64,000 nucleotides of DNA. It comes from an uncultured Cytophagia bacterium (GTDB lineage Bacteria; Zhuqueibacterota; Zhuqueibacteria; Residuimicrobiales; Residuimicrobiaceae). Numbering within the stretch: the stretch's first letter is position 1; every line of letters starts with the position of its first letter. The notes under the pieces were generated by a model. The model did no database searches. It saw nothing but the letters and a program-made list of their open reading frames with translations, and was not told where the DNA came from. Location of the stretch: NCBI GenBank assembly GCA_964541895.1, contig CAZISM010000002.1:74408-138407 (forward strand), read 5' to 3'. A program made the translations under genes and the position numbers. Below are positions 56,342-64,000 of this stretch, piece by piece.

Positions 56342-58258
56342 TCATCCTCTACGATCAGCGGTTGTTCTCTGTGCGCTCGGAAACAGGTTGCTGTTGGTAT
56401 GCGGCAAAAAGAGCGCCCCTGTGTACTGATTCATATAGCCGGGTTTGACCGAGAGATCTATATAAGTCATCTTTCTGGCCAACTGCAACTGCTTTTCTCT
56501 GTATTCCTGTGAGACCAGTACCATAAACGCGCCGCTCAGCGATGAATTGCCGATGTAGGCGAACCTGGCCCTGTCCAGGTCCGGCAGCAGGCCGATACAG
56601 ATGGCTTTTTCAATATCAAGAAAGCGACCAAAGCCGCCGGCAATATAGACCTGCTGCAGGTCACTGAAATTCAGGCCGGTCTGCTCCAGCATGACCGCAA
56701 TGGCGGAAAAAATAGCCGCCTTGGCGCGCAGAATGTTTTCGATATCCGCTTCGCTGATGGTGATGGCCTGGCCGATGCCGCTCTGCTCTTCCGCTGCGAT
56801 GACATAGACTGCCTGACGGCCCTGAATCCGGATCGCCGGCGAAGGTTTGCTGCGATTCAGTTTGCCGGCGGCGTCGATCCAGCCGGACATGAACAGTTCA
56901 GCCAGCAGGGAGATCATGCCGGAGCCGCAAATGCCCCTGGGCAATACATGCCCGATGGTCTGATAGGCGGCCACGCCGGTTTCCCTGTCCACTTCCACTT
57001 TTTCTATGGCGCCCAGCGAGGCGCGCATGCCGAATTCGATGCCGCCGCCTTCAAAGGCCGGTCCGGCCGAACAAGCGCAGGTCATGAGAAAATCGCTGTT
57101 GCCGATCACCATTTCGCCGTTGGTGCCGATATCGATGAACAGATTGATGCCTTCCGCATCAGCGGCCATATCGGTGCAAAGCAGGCCGGAGGTGATGTCA
57201 CCGCCCACATAGCTGCCGACGGCCGGTGCCATGTATACCCATGAATTTGGATTTATTTCCAGGCCAATTTCCCTGGAGGTGAAATAATGCGCCTCCAACA
57301 GCGTCGGTGTGTACGGATCCAGGCGGAGATATTCCGGATTCAAGCCCAGCAACAGGTGGATCATGGTGGTGTTGCCGGCTACCACGGCGTTGCTGATCTC
57401 TTTGGGATCCACACCGTGTGCCCGGCACACCTGCTCCACCAGCGCATTGATGGTTTTCAGCACCCGCCGCTGCAGCTCCTGCAACCGTGCCGGTGTGCGC
57501 GCATAATTGATGCGACTGATAACGTCCAGCCCGCACGCCACCTGATCGTTATAGGCCGTGCGCGTGGCGATGATGCGCGCCAACGGCAGAAACACCAGCT
57601 GCACGGCGACGGTGGTGGTGCCGACGTCAATGGCGATGCCATAGTGCCGCGTCGTCTGATTGCCGGGCTCTACGTCGACGATATAATAGCGCTGCGATGA
57701 ACGTACCAGCGTAATGGTAACCTGGCCATCCTGTTGTCGTAACACTTGGGCGATTTTTTGGATCACCGGCAGGGCATAGTGAAACTCCACCTTGCCCCAC
57801 TCTTTTTGCACCGTGCGCGTCAATCGCTCCAGATCGGAGAGGCCGTCTTCCAATTGCGGAGGCGGCACCTGTACCAGCCATTTCAGCGTCAGCGGATCGT
57901 ACTGCCACTCTTTGGGAAAGAGCTCCTTTCGAATCAGCAGCTGCGAATCGGTTTCGTCGATAAACTGGCCGCCGTCCCGACTCGCCTGCGCCGGAATCTC
58001 GATAACAACGGGTTTTTCAAGCACACGGGTCTTGCAGGCCAGCACATGGCCGTCGCTCAACGCCGAGCCGGACAATATGCCCTGGCTGTTGGAATCCACC
58101 TCCCCGCTTTTGACATGCACAATGCAGTTGCCGCAGGTGCCTTTGCCGCCGCAGGAGAGATCCACCTCGATGTCGGCCAGACGCATGGCATCGAGAAGCT
58201 CTGTGCCGTCTGTTACGCTGATAGTTTTGCCTAAAGGCAGAAACGTGATCACCGGCAT
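56342..58258 (-). CDS. reductive activator of the corrinoid iron-sulfur protein (RACo/AcsV-type: N-terminal plant-type 2Fe-2S ferredoxin plus ASKHA ATPase domain)
   Basis: 638 aa. N-terminus PVITFLPLGKTISVTDGTELLDAMRLADIEVDLSCGGKGTCGNCIV (2Fe-2S ferredoxin CGG.G.CG.C), then a long ASKHA/DUF4445-type body. 1-nt gap to acsC. Confidence 0.8.
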   Translation of the reverse strand: MPVITFLPLGKTISVTDGTELLDAMRLADIEVDLSCGGKGTCGNCIVHVKSGEVDSNSQGILSGSALSDGHVLACKTRVLEKPVVIEIPAQASRDGGQFIDETDSQLLIRKELFPKEWQYDPLTLKWLVQVPPPQLEDGLSDLERLTRTVQKEWGKVEFHYALPVIQKIAQVLRQQDGQVTITLVRSSQRYYIVDVEPGNQTTRHYGIAIDVGTTTVAVQLVFLPLARIIATRTAYNDQVACGLDVISRINYARTPARLQELQRRVLKTINALVEQVCRAHGVDPKEISNAVVAGNTTMIHLLLGLNPEYLRLDPYTPTLLEAHYFTSREIGLEINPNSWVYMAPAVGSYVGGDITSGLLCTDMAADAEGINLFIDIGTNGEMVIGNSDFLMTCACSAGPAFEGGGIEFGMRASLGAIEKVEVDRETGVAAYQTIGHVLPRGICGSGMISLLAELFMSGWIDAAGKLNRSKPSPAIRIQGRQAVYVIAAEEQSGIGQAITISEADIENILRAKAAIFSAIAVMLEQTGLNFSDLQQVYIAGGFGRFLDIEKAICIGLLPDLDRARFAYIGNSSLSGAFMVLVSQEYREKQLQLARKMTYIDLSVKPGYMNQYTGALFLPHTNSNLFPSAQRTTADRRG

Positions 58259-58259
58259 G

Positions 58260-59597
58260 CTAATTCAATCCTGCACGAATATAGCTTTCCAGGTCCGCCA
58301 CCTCTTGTGGTCCCACCAGCACTTTCCATCCCGGCAGGTTCTCTTCCAACTCGCCGCTGATCTGCGCCACATAACCGGGGATGATGATTTTTCTCGAGGT
58401 GACCTGTTCATTCAGACCTATCTCTTTGGCGAATTTGCCGATCACGGCGCCGGAGAATTTGCCCGCGGCCCAGGCGGTCAATACACTCATGCCTTCGCAC
58501 TCGGGCACCAGCAGCCAGGCATTGACCCCGCAGTTTTCAATCTCGCCGGAGACGATGAAATAGGTCAGAGAGAAATTGGTGGTGACAAAGACCGGCGAAT
58601 CCGGTTTGGGCTCGCCGATGGCGTACAGCTTGGGCTCTACCTGAATAGGCTTTTGTGGATCGGTGAACAGATTGAGCCGAAGGGTCAGCAGCGTCGCCAG
58701 CTGAGCCGTATCGAAATGGGACAGTACGCAGATGCCGCCGTATTTGCAGATTTCGTTCAGGGCTGATACGGTGTTTTCCAGCAGATCGCCGGCCGGAACG
58801 AAATGGATGCCGGGATATCCCAACGGTTTAAAGGCATCTTTGATGGCGGCACGGCGGGCGATGGAATTGATCTGGAACCGTTCTGCCAACGACATGGTCG
58901 GTAATTGCAGAATCAGACGATCAAAACCCGACTCTTTGAGGCGACTGGTCAGAGCGACCAGACCGTTCAGATCCGGCGCCGTGACCACCAAGGCGTGTTC
59001 CTGCTCTTTGGCCGCTTGCACCAGTTTATCCGCGCTGGCTTCATCTGCCTGGTAGAGCACGCTGCGCGAGTCCGGCACGGCGCAGCCGGCCGCGATCAGC
59101 GCTTCTGCATCCGGGCTGCGCAGTATCATCGGCTTTTGTACGGTCGCCCAGCATTTTTTGACCAGGTCGATATAGCGCTGCGCATCGCCGCTTGTTTGCG
59201 TGACCGCCACCATGTCGATGCGAAGGGTTTCGCCGACGCGCTCCAGAACATAATTCTTGACGTTGTCCAGCACGGTATCGATGGTCTGCGCCGGATCCGT
59301 GTCGTTGATGTTGACGGCGATGGCCGTTTTGTTGACAAATGTTTTTTCGTGCCGATACAGCACCGATTCGTCGCCCAGCTTGACGGATTTGTCCCTGCCC
59401 AGTTCGATGATTTTAACCGGCGGTTCCGCCGCTGCGCCCAGGACCTGCTTCGCTTCTTCGGAAGCGTAGGGACAGGCCGAAAGCTCGGCGCGTTTGGCAG
59501 CCAGCTTCATGGCAAAAGCGAGACAGGTGTTGGAGCCGCACTCTTTACAATTGGTTTTCGGCAACAGTTTTTGTATTTGCAGGCCGGTAAGTGCCAT
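58260..59597 (-). CDS. acsC: corrinoid iron-sulfur protein large subunit
   Basis: 445 aa, collinear with Moorella AcsC: MALTGLQIQKLLPKTNCKECGSNTCLAFAMKLAA...SACPY (cf. MPLTGLEIYKQLPKKNCGECGTPTCLAFAMNLAS...DSCPY), TNFSLTY, IIPGYVA...GWKVLVGPQEVADL. Confidence 0.85.
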   Translation of the reverse strand: MALTGLQIQKLLPKTNCKECGSNTCLAFAMKLAAKRAELSACPYASEEAKQVLGAAAEPPVKIIELGRDKSVKLGDESVLYRHEKTFVNKTAIAVNINDTDPAQTIDTVLDNVKNYVLERVGETLRIDMVAVTQTSGDAQRYIDLVKKCWATVQKPMILRSPDAEALIAAGCAVPDSRSVLYQADEASADKLVQAAKEQEHALVVTAPDLNGLVALTSRLKESGFDRLILQLPTMSLAERFQINSIARRAAIKDAFKPLGYPGIHFVPAGDLLENTVSALNEICKYGGICVLSHFDTAQLATLLTLRLNLFTDPQKPIQVEPKLYAIGEPKPDSPVFVTTNFSLTYFIVSGEIENCGVNAWLLVPECEGMSVLTAWAAGKFSGAVIGKFAKEIGLNEQVTSRKIIIPGYVAQISGELEENLPGWKVLVGPQEVADLESYIRAGLN

Positions 59598-59656
59598 AGA
59601 CTTCTTCCTCCATCCGGGTCCGGTGTTCCGGGTTATATACCGCTCTCAGATTCGGC

Positions 59657-62600
59657 TTAGGCCGATTTGGTTTGATCCATCAAATCGGCAATGGTTTTCT
59701 TTATGGCTGCTACGGCGCGCGGATTGTACATGATCAGAATATCGGCGCCGGCGTACAGAAACGAAACCGATGTGGTCAGTTCCCACAACGCGGCGCGATC
59801 CGCCAATTCGCCCCAGGCCGGAAACTCGGCGGCCGTTGCTTTGGTCTCTTTAATCTTGGCGCATTCCGGTCCGGGCGAAACAATCATCGGGCCGGCCAGC
59901 ATGCGGTCGCCGTTGAGCGCAGTGAGGCGGATACGTTCCATGACCGAATAGGTGTACTCGATGCCATAGCCGGTGGCGCCGGTCATGGGATCCATGATGA
60001 TCTGCTCCGGCTTGACGTCCATGTTGGTGAGCAGGATGTTCATCTGCTTGGCGATATTGACGTCGATGGGGCTCTGCGAAATCAGGACGTGGCCGTACGC
60101 CAGCGCCGCACCGGCGATGGTGCGGTAATTGTCCTGTTCCACCCAGTTCAACAGCAGCCGTTCGCCGCGGCAGGCCTGGGCGACGGCTTTAAGTACTTGA
60201 TTGTTTTTATCGAAATGGCTGTGGCCGGTGATGATCAGCGGCACCGGCACCGCGGCCAGCACCTGTTTGACCAGGTCCACGGCCTGCTCCGCGGTGCGGT
60301 CGCCCTTTTCCGGATGGGTGCCGTCCAGACGAACGCTGATCAGATCGGCGCCGTATTTTTCCACGCACACCCTGGCCATCTCGGCCGGCTGATGCAACAG
60401 GTCTCCATACACTTCGCGCAAGACCTGCGGATATTTTTCGCTCACCACGTCAAAGACCTCCATGGCCACCAGAGGTCGATACGGCATCTCGCCTTCCCAG
60501 AGATGGAACGGCATGCAGGTTTCGCCGCCCACGATGCAGGTTTTGCCGCGCGTGCCGCCCTCTGCGGTGGTGGCGCCCAGTTGGACTTGCCACACCGGCA
60601 CTTCACATTTCTCTTTTCTGATTTCAAAAGCCTGCACGCGACGGAGCCGTTCTGCAGCGCTGGGTGCCGGCGGCTTTGCCACGATCACCGGGGCAGCAGC
60701 GGCCATCACCGGCTCGGCCGCCGGTTCCGATTTTATGCCCAGAAACCTGGCATTGAGGGTGCCGACGATTTCGCCGACTATCTCCCGGGTAATCGATTCT
60801 TTTAATTCGCGCGCCAGTTCCTGTTTCAAGTGTTCCAGTTGTTCGCGTGTCACTTGTCGTTCCTCCGCAGCAGGTGTGCTTGTGGCCGGTTGTTCCGGAA
60901 CGTGCGCCGCTTTCGTCGGTTCTTCTGTGGCCGCGGCCGGTTGCGGCACGCCGGCCGATTTGCTGTAATTGCTCATGTCCTCCATGGCCAAAGCCGGATG
61001 GCCGTTTTTCTCAAGCTCCTGGCGGACCTGGATCGCATCAATGGCGATCGTTTCGTCGATGATTTTGTCCAGCAGATCCGGCGCATTCTGTTCGTTGAAT
61101 CGTTTCTGCAAATCGTCGGCCAGCAGCGTCTTTAACTCTTTGGTCATCCACACCAGCCGCTTGTGTCCGCCCTCGGCAAAGAGAAATTTTTTCGAAGTCA
61201 AAAAGACTTTGCCGCAGCCCATGAACCCCGGCGTTTGCAAGCCACCACCGACGTTTCCGGCCAGGGAGGAAAAGGTCATGCCCACCGGCGTTTCGCCCTG
61301 GTATTCGCGGTTGACCACCATGACGCCGTTGCATTCCGGCAGATAGGCGCAGATCACTTCAAAGCAGCCGCAACTGGTCATGGGATTGTTCATGATCGAA
61401 TAAGCGGAAAAGCTCTGGATGGTTTTGTGACTGTTGATATAGACGTAATCGTCCACGCCCTGCCAGACGCCGCGTACCGGATCCATGCATTCGCTTTTCT
61501 TGATGGGCTGGTTAGGCCCGGTTTCGTCGATTTCGAACGCCGCCTTGCCGTCCAGCCAGTTATAGGCGCCGCACAGACCCAGACGCTCCGGGGTGATGAC
61601 GCAGACGTGGTTGGGGGCAAAGGATTGGCAGAGCAGACAGGAGTAAAACGTGTCCACTGCATCGTCGGTCATGGATTCCAGACGTCGGTTGCGTTCGTCG
61701 TAAACTTTGCGGGCGATCGCCAGCCGCTCCCGCACCAGCGCTTCATCGGTAATCATGGTGACTTGCACTTTGTCGACGATAGCGGGATAGTCGGACAGAA
61801 ATTTGGCATGAATGATTTCGCCATAGTGACGCAGACGCAGGCCGCGGCTAAAGCCCTGTTTGGAGACGCGCGTCCAGACGATGTCGCGCTGTCCCATATG
61901 CCAGATGCCTTCGGCGCCGTTGATGAGGTGATGGATCTGTCGCTCCAGGATAGGCTCGAAATCCGGCTGCATCTTGCGGCCGGCCACTTCCACCCAGATA
62001 GCCAGTGGCAGCACATCGCCTTCCTGGATGGCGTCTATGTCCGGGCCGATGATGTTGATCTCGCCGTCGTTGATCTCGTCCAGCTCTTTCGAGGTCACAA
62101 ACTCAAAGGCCATGGTTTTGTTGCCGCCGAATTCGACGTGGGCGTCGGTGCGGCGGATTCGTTCGCCTTCAAAGGCCGGGCCGTATGAAACCGGAATCGG
62201 CACGTGGGTGATTTTTATTTTACAGCCGCGCACCTCCAGCGCCTTGTCCACCATGACCTCGTGCGCCACGTTGGCCACCACGTGTTCGTAGGTGCAGACG
62301 CCGGTGGGCAGGATTTCCGGAATATCCGTATCGGCGATGACCGGGAAACCGTAATTGATGGCGCCGGCGGCGGCCGCATATTTTTCCGCCGACACTTGGC
62401 CCAACGCGAGCACAAAGGCAAAAATGCGATTCTTGTTGTATTTCAGGTTTTTGGCAAAATCACCAGGCTTGACCCCGCCAAAGGAGAGGGCCGCACGATT
62501 GGCAAAACCCAGGGCATACACCAGAGCGGAGACGTCCTTGCCGAACGGAACCAATCGGGTTTCCCAACCCAATTGCACGCCTTCTTCGGCCAACTGTTCG

Positions 62601-63148
62601 GCAAACTGTTTGCCGTTCAGGCTGCCGCCCATGAACACATAAAGATTTTTCTCCTGCAGTTCGCGCGCTATCTTGACGGCAATGGCGTTGGTCGGCGCGG
62701 CGCCGGTGATGGCGGCGAATCCGGGTGCGGTGCCGTCCACGAATTCAATGCCGCGCTCGCGCATGATGAGATCGCTGGCAGCACCCAACCAGATCCCGTC
62801 CACCGGATGCGGACCGATCACGTATTTGCACGCTTCAATAATTTCGCAGGCAAACAGCGCGGCCACACCGGCGTCGAGCGTGTTGCCCAGGTAAGGCAGC
62901 CAAACGTTTTCCGACGGCCGTTCCGGCAAATAGGATTTGGCTGTTTTCAGAATAGCGGCGAGGTCCCTGAGGGTTTCAGCTTTTTCGCCGGTAAAGGAAT
63001 AGATGATGGGAAGGTAATAGGCGGTATCCGGAAATCCAACTTTGCAGGATTCACCTTTGGCCTGAATGGCGGCGTGCAGTTTCTCTTCCGCTCTGGCCAC
63101 CCACTCGACCGCGCCGTCGATGGCGCTGCTGCAGATGATCTTAGACAT
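59657..63148 (-). CDS. acsB: acetyl-CoA synthase (AcsB) fused in-frame to the CoFeSP small subunit (AcsD) via an Ala/Pro/Glu-rich linker
   Basis: Single uninterrupted 1163-aa ORF. Residues 1-730 align with Moorella AcsB (VGFPDTAYYLPIIYSF, A-cluster motif SCGCFE, GKVFLTSKKFLFAEGG). About 110 aa of linker (...PAAEPVMAAAAPVIVAKPPAPSAAER...). The last 320 aa align with Moorella AcsD (GGTRGKTCIVGGETCMPFHLWEGE, EKYGADLISVRLDG, IDVNIAKQMNILL, GYGIEYTYSVMERIRLTAL). Start ATG overlaps the cooS stop (ATGTCTAA). Confidence 0.85.
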   Translation of the reverse strand: MSKIICSSAIDGAVEWVARAEEKLHAAIQAKGESCKVGFPDTAYYLPIIYSFTGEKAETLRDLAAILKTAKSYLPERPSENVWLPYLGNTLDAGVAALFACEIIEACKYVIGPHPVDGIWLGAASDLIMRERGIEFVDGTAPGFAAITGAAPTNAIAVKIARELQEKNLYVFMGGSLNGKQFAEQLAEEGVQLGWETRLVPFGKDVSALVYALGFANRAALSFGGVKPGDFAKNLKYNKNRIFAFVLALGQVSAEKYAAAAGAINYGFPVIADTDIPEILPTGVCTYEHVVANVAHEVMVDKALEVRGCKIKITHVPIPVSYGPAFEGERIRRTDAHVEFGGNKTMAFEFVTSKELDEINDGEINIIGPDIDAIQEGDVLPLAIWVEVAGRKMQPDFEPILERQIHHLINGAEGIWHMGQRDIVWTRVSKQGFSRGLRLRHYGEIIHAKFLSDYPAIVDKVQVTMITDEALVRERLAIARKVYDERNRRLESMTDDAVDTFYSCLLCQSFAPNHVCVITPERLGLCGAYNWLDGKAAFEIDETGPNQPIKKSECMDPVRGVWQGVDDYVYINSHKTIQSFSAYSIMNNPMTSCGCFEVICAYLPECNGVMVVNREYQGETPVGMTFSSLAGNVGGGLQTPGFMGCGKVFLTSKKFLFAEGGHKRLVWMTKELKTLLADDLQKRFNEQNAPDLLDKIIDETIAIDAIQVRQELEKNGHPALAMEDMSNYSKSAGVPQPAAATEEPTKAAHVPEQPATSTPAAEERQVTREQLEHLKQELARELKESITREIVGEIVGTLNARFLGIKSEPAAEPVMAAAAPVIVAKPPAPSAAERLRRVQAFEIRKEKCEVPVWQVQLGATTAEGGTRGKTCIVGGETCMPFHLWEGEMPYRPLVAMEVFDVVSEKYPQVLREVYGDLLHQPAEMARVCVEKYGADLISVRLDGTHPEKGDRTAEQAVDLVKQVLAAVPVPLIITGHSHFDKNNQVLKAVAQACRGERLLLNWVEQDNYRTIAGAALAYGHVLISQSPIDVNIAKQMNILLTNMDVKPEQIIMDPMTGATGYGIEYTYSVMERIRLTALNGDRMLAGPMIVSPGPECAKIKETKATAAEFPAWGELADRAALWELTTSVSFLYAGADILIMYNPRAVAAIKKTIADLMDQTKSA

Positions 63149-64000
63149 CCAGTTCTCTCCTGTCTTTCATATCGTACAATTTCCGCTCCGTCTTTTTGTT
63201 GATACCTAATTTTTCTCTGGATCGATCCAGCAATTCCATGATTTTGTCGAACGCTTCATGTGGATCCTGGCAAACGTGGAAGGAGCCGCCAAACAAGTTG
63301 GTGGCCTCTTCATTAAGAAACCGGGTCACGTTGTCAGAGCCGGAAATATGGAAGGGATGGCCGAGGATGACATCCACGCCGGAGGCGACGAAATAGCAGC
63401 CGATGGCTATGGCTTTTTCACTCATCCACTCCGGTGCCACGCCCACGGCGGGAATCTGCGACAGGTCGTCGCCCAGTCCGCCTTCCAGCACCACCTCGGT
63501 AGCAGCTTCGAGAATACGCGCATTGTCAACGCAGCTGCCCATGTGCAGAATGGGCGGGATGCCCACCGCTTCACACACCTCGCGCAACCCCTGCCCGGCC
63601 TGCTCGAGGGCGGTTTCAGGCAGCAGCATGCCTTCCTTGGCCGAAGCGATGGCGGCGCAGCCGGTTTTTAATACCAGGACATTGTTTTCGATCAGTTTTT
63701 TAGTAAGCGTGTTGACATAGTATTCCAGCTGTTCCTTGGGATTGCTGCAGCCGACAATGCCCACCAACCCTTTGATGCGGCCCTGGATGATGGCGTCATT
63801 CAACGGCCGGAAGGAGGCCCGAAAGCGGCCGCCCAGCATATACTTGATGGCATCGACGCTAAAGCCGGCCACCAGGGGCTTTACGCCGGCGGGAATGGCT
63901 ACTTTTTTCGGATCACGATTTTTAAAATTATCTACAGCCCGTTTGACAATGGCTTTGGCGGAGAGCAGCGCGTCATCTTCGTCGAACAGATGCTGTACCG
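63141..64000 (-). CDS. cooS: anaerobic carbon-monoxide dehydrogenase catalytic subunit, C-terminal part (5' end outside the window)
   Basis: Manual minus-strand translation from the window edge gives ...VQHLFDEDDALLSAKAIVKRAVDNFKNRDPKKVAIPAGVKPLVAGFSVDAIKYMLGGRF... with no stop codon. It continues into the listed ORF (GIVGCSNPKEQ, GMLLPETALEQAG, IPPILHMGSCVDNARI, IAIGCYFVASGVDVILG), the conserved C-terminal region of Ni-CODH CooS/AcsA. Confidence 0.8.
   Translation of the reverse strand, partial: VQHLFDEDDALLSAKAIVKRAVDNFKNRDPKKVAIPAGVKPLVAGFSVDAIKYMLGGRFRASFRPLNDAIIQGRIKGLVGIVGCSNPKEQLEYYVNTLTKKLIENNVLVLKTGCAAIASAKEGMLLPETALEQAGQGLREVCEAVGIPPILHMGSCVDNARILEAATEVVLEGGLGDDLSQIPAVGVAPEWMSEKAIAIGCYFVASGVDVILGHPFHISGSDNVTRFLNEEATNLFGGSFHVCQDPHEAFDKIMELLDRSREKLGINKKTERKLYDMKDRRELDV

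Noticed and set aside
59672-63202. three plus-strand ORFs (377, 341 and 332 aa)
   Set aside because: All antisense to the acsB::acsD fusion, whose AcsB and AcsD homology is unambiguous.
1-64000. tRNA, rRNA, CRISPR repeats, IS elements and integrases
   Set aside because: No cloverleaf-like segments or direct-repeat arrays were found on reading the non-coding gaps (661-824, 3471-3604, 8535-8746, 24452-24728, 40920-41354, 43911-44183, 46074-46654, 49260-49669). No ORF translation resembles a transposase, integrase or Cas protein.

Overview
High-GC (about 55-60%) bacterial chromosomal segment. I found no rRNA, tRNA, CRISPR array, transposase or integrase by reading the sequence.

Positions 1 to about 48500 are a dense, mostly plus-strand carbohydrate and sulfated-glycan utilisation region. 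It holds a GH78 rhamnosidase C-terminus, a GH140-like DUF4038 protein, GH97, GH36, GH127, GH116, a polysaccharide-lyase-like protein, a SASA-type esterase, three Cys-type (CxPxR) sulfatases with twin-arginine signals, an arylsulfotransferase-like protein, araA, a class-I xylA, rhaM, two URO-D-family (MtaA/MtvB-like) proteins, an IlvC-family reductoisomerase, MFS and GntP transporters, and an ABC permease plus binding protein with no ATPase. Inside it, roughly 38100-48500 is a lower-GC sub-island (about 45-50% by eye) that ends in a truncated BNR/sialidase remnant.

Positions 49631 to 64000 are one unbroken minus-strand gene string. In transcription order it reads cooS (partial at the window edge), a fused acsB::acsD (1163 aa), acsC, RACo, a small Zn-ribbon protein, mobA, a PsrABC/PhsABC-type molybdoenzyme (Tat catalytic subunit, 4Fe-4S subunit, NrfD membrane subunit), a split YeeE/YedE pair and a rhodanese-like protein lacking the catalytic Cys. 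Start and stop codons overlap or nearly touch (largest gap 111 nt), and the string ends in a clear intrinsic terminator. This putative operon, which physically couples the CODH/ACS module of the Wood-Ljungdahl pathway to a polysulfide/thiosulfate-reductase-type complex and sulfur-trafficking proteins, is the most unusual thing in the window. The AcsB::AcsD fusion is the second.

All homology calls are by-eye comparison of the supplied ORF translations with remembered family hallmarks. No database search was run.
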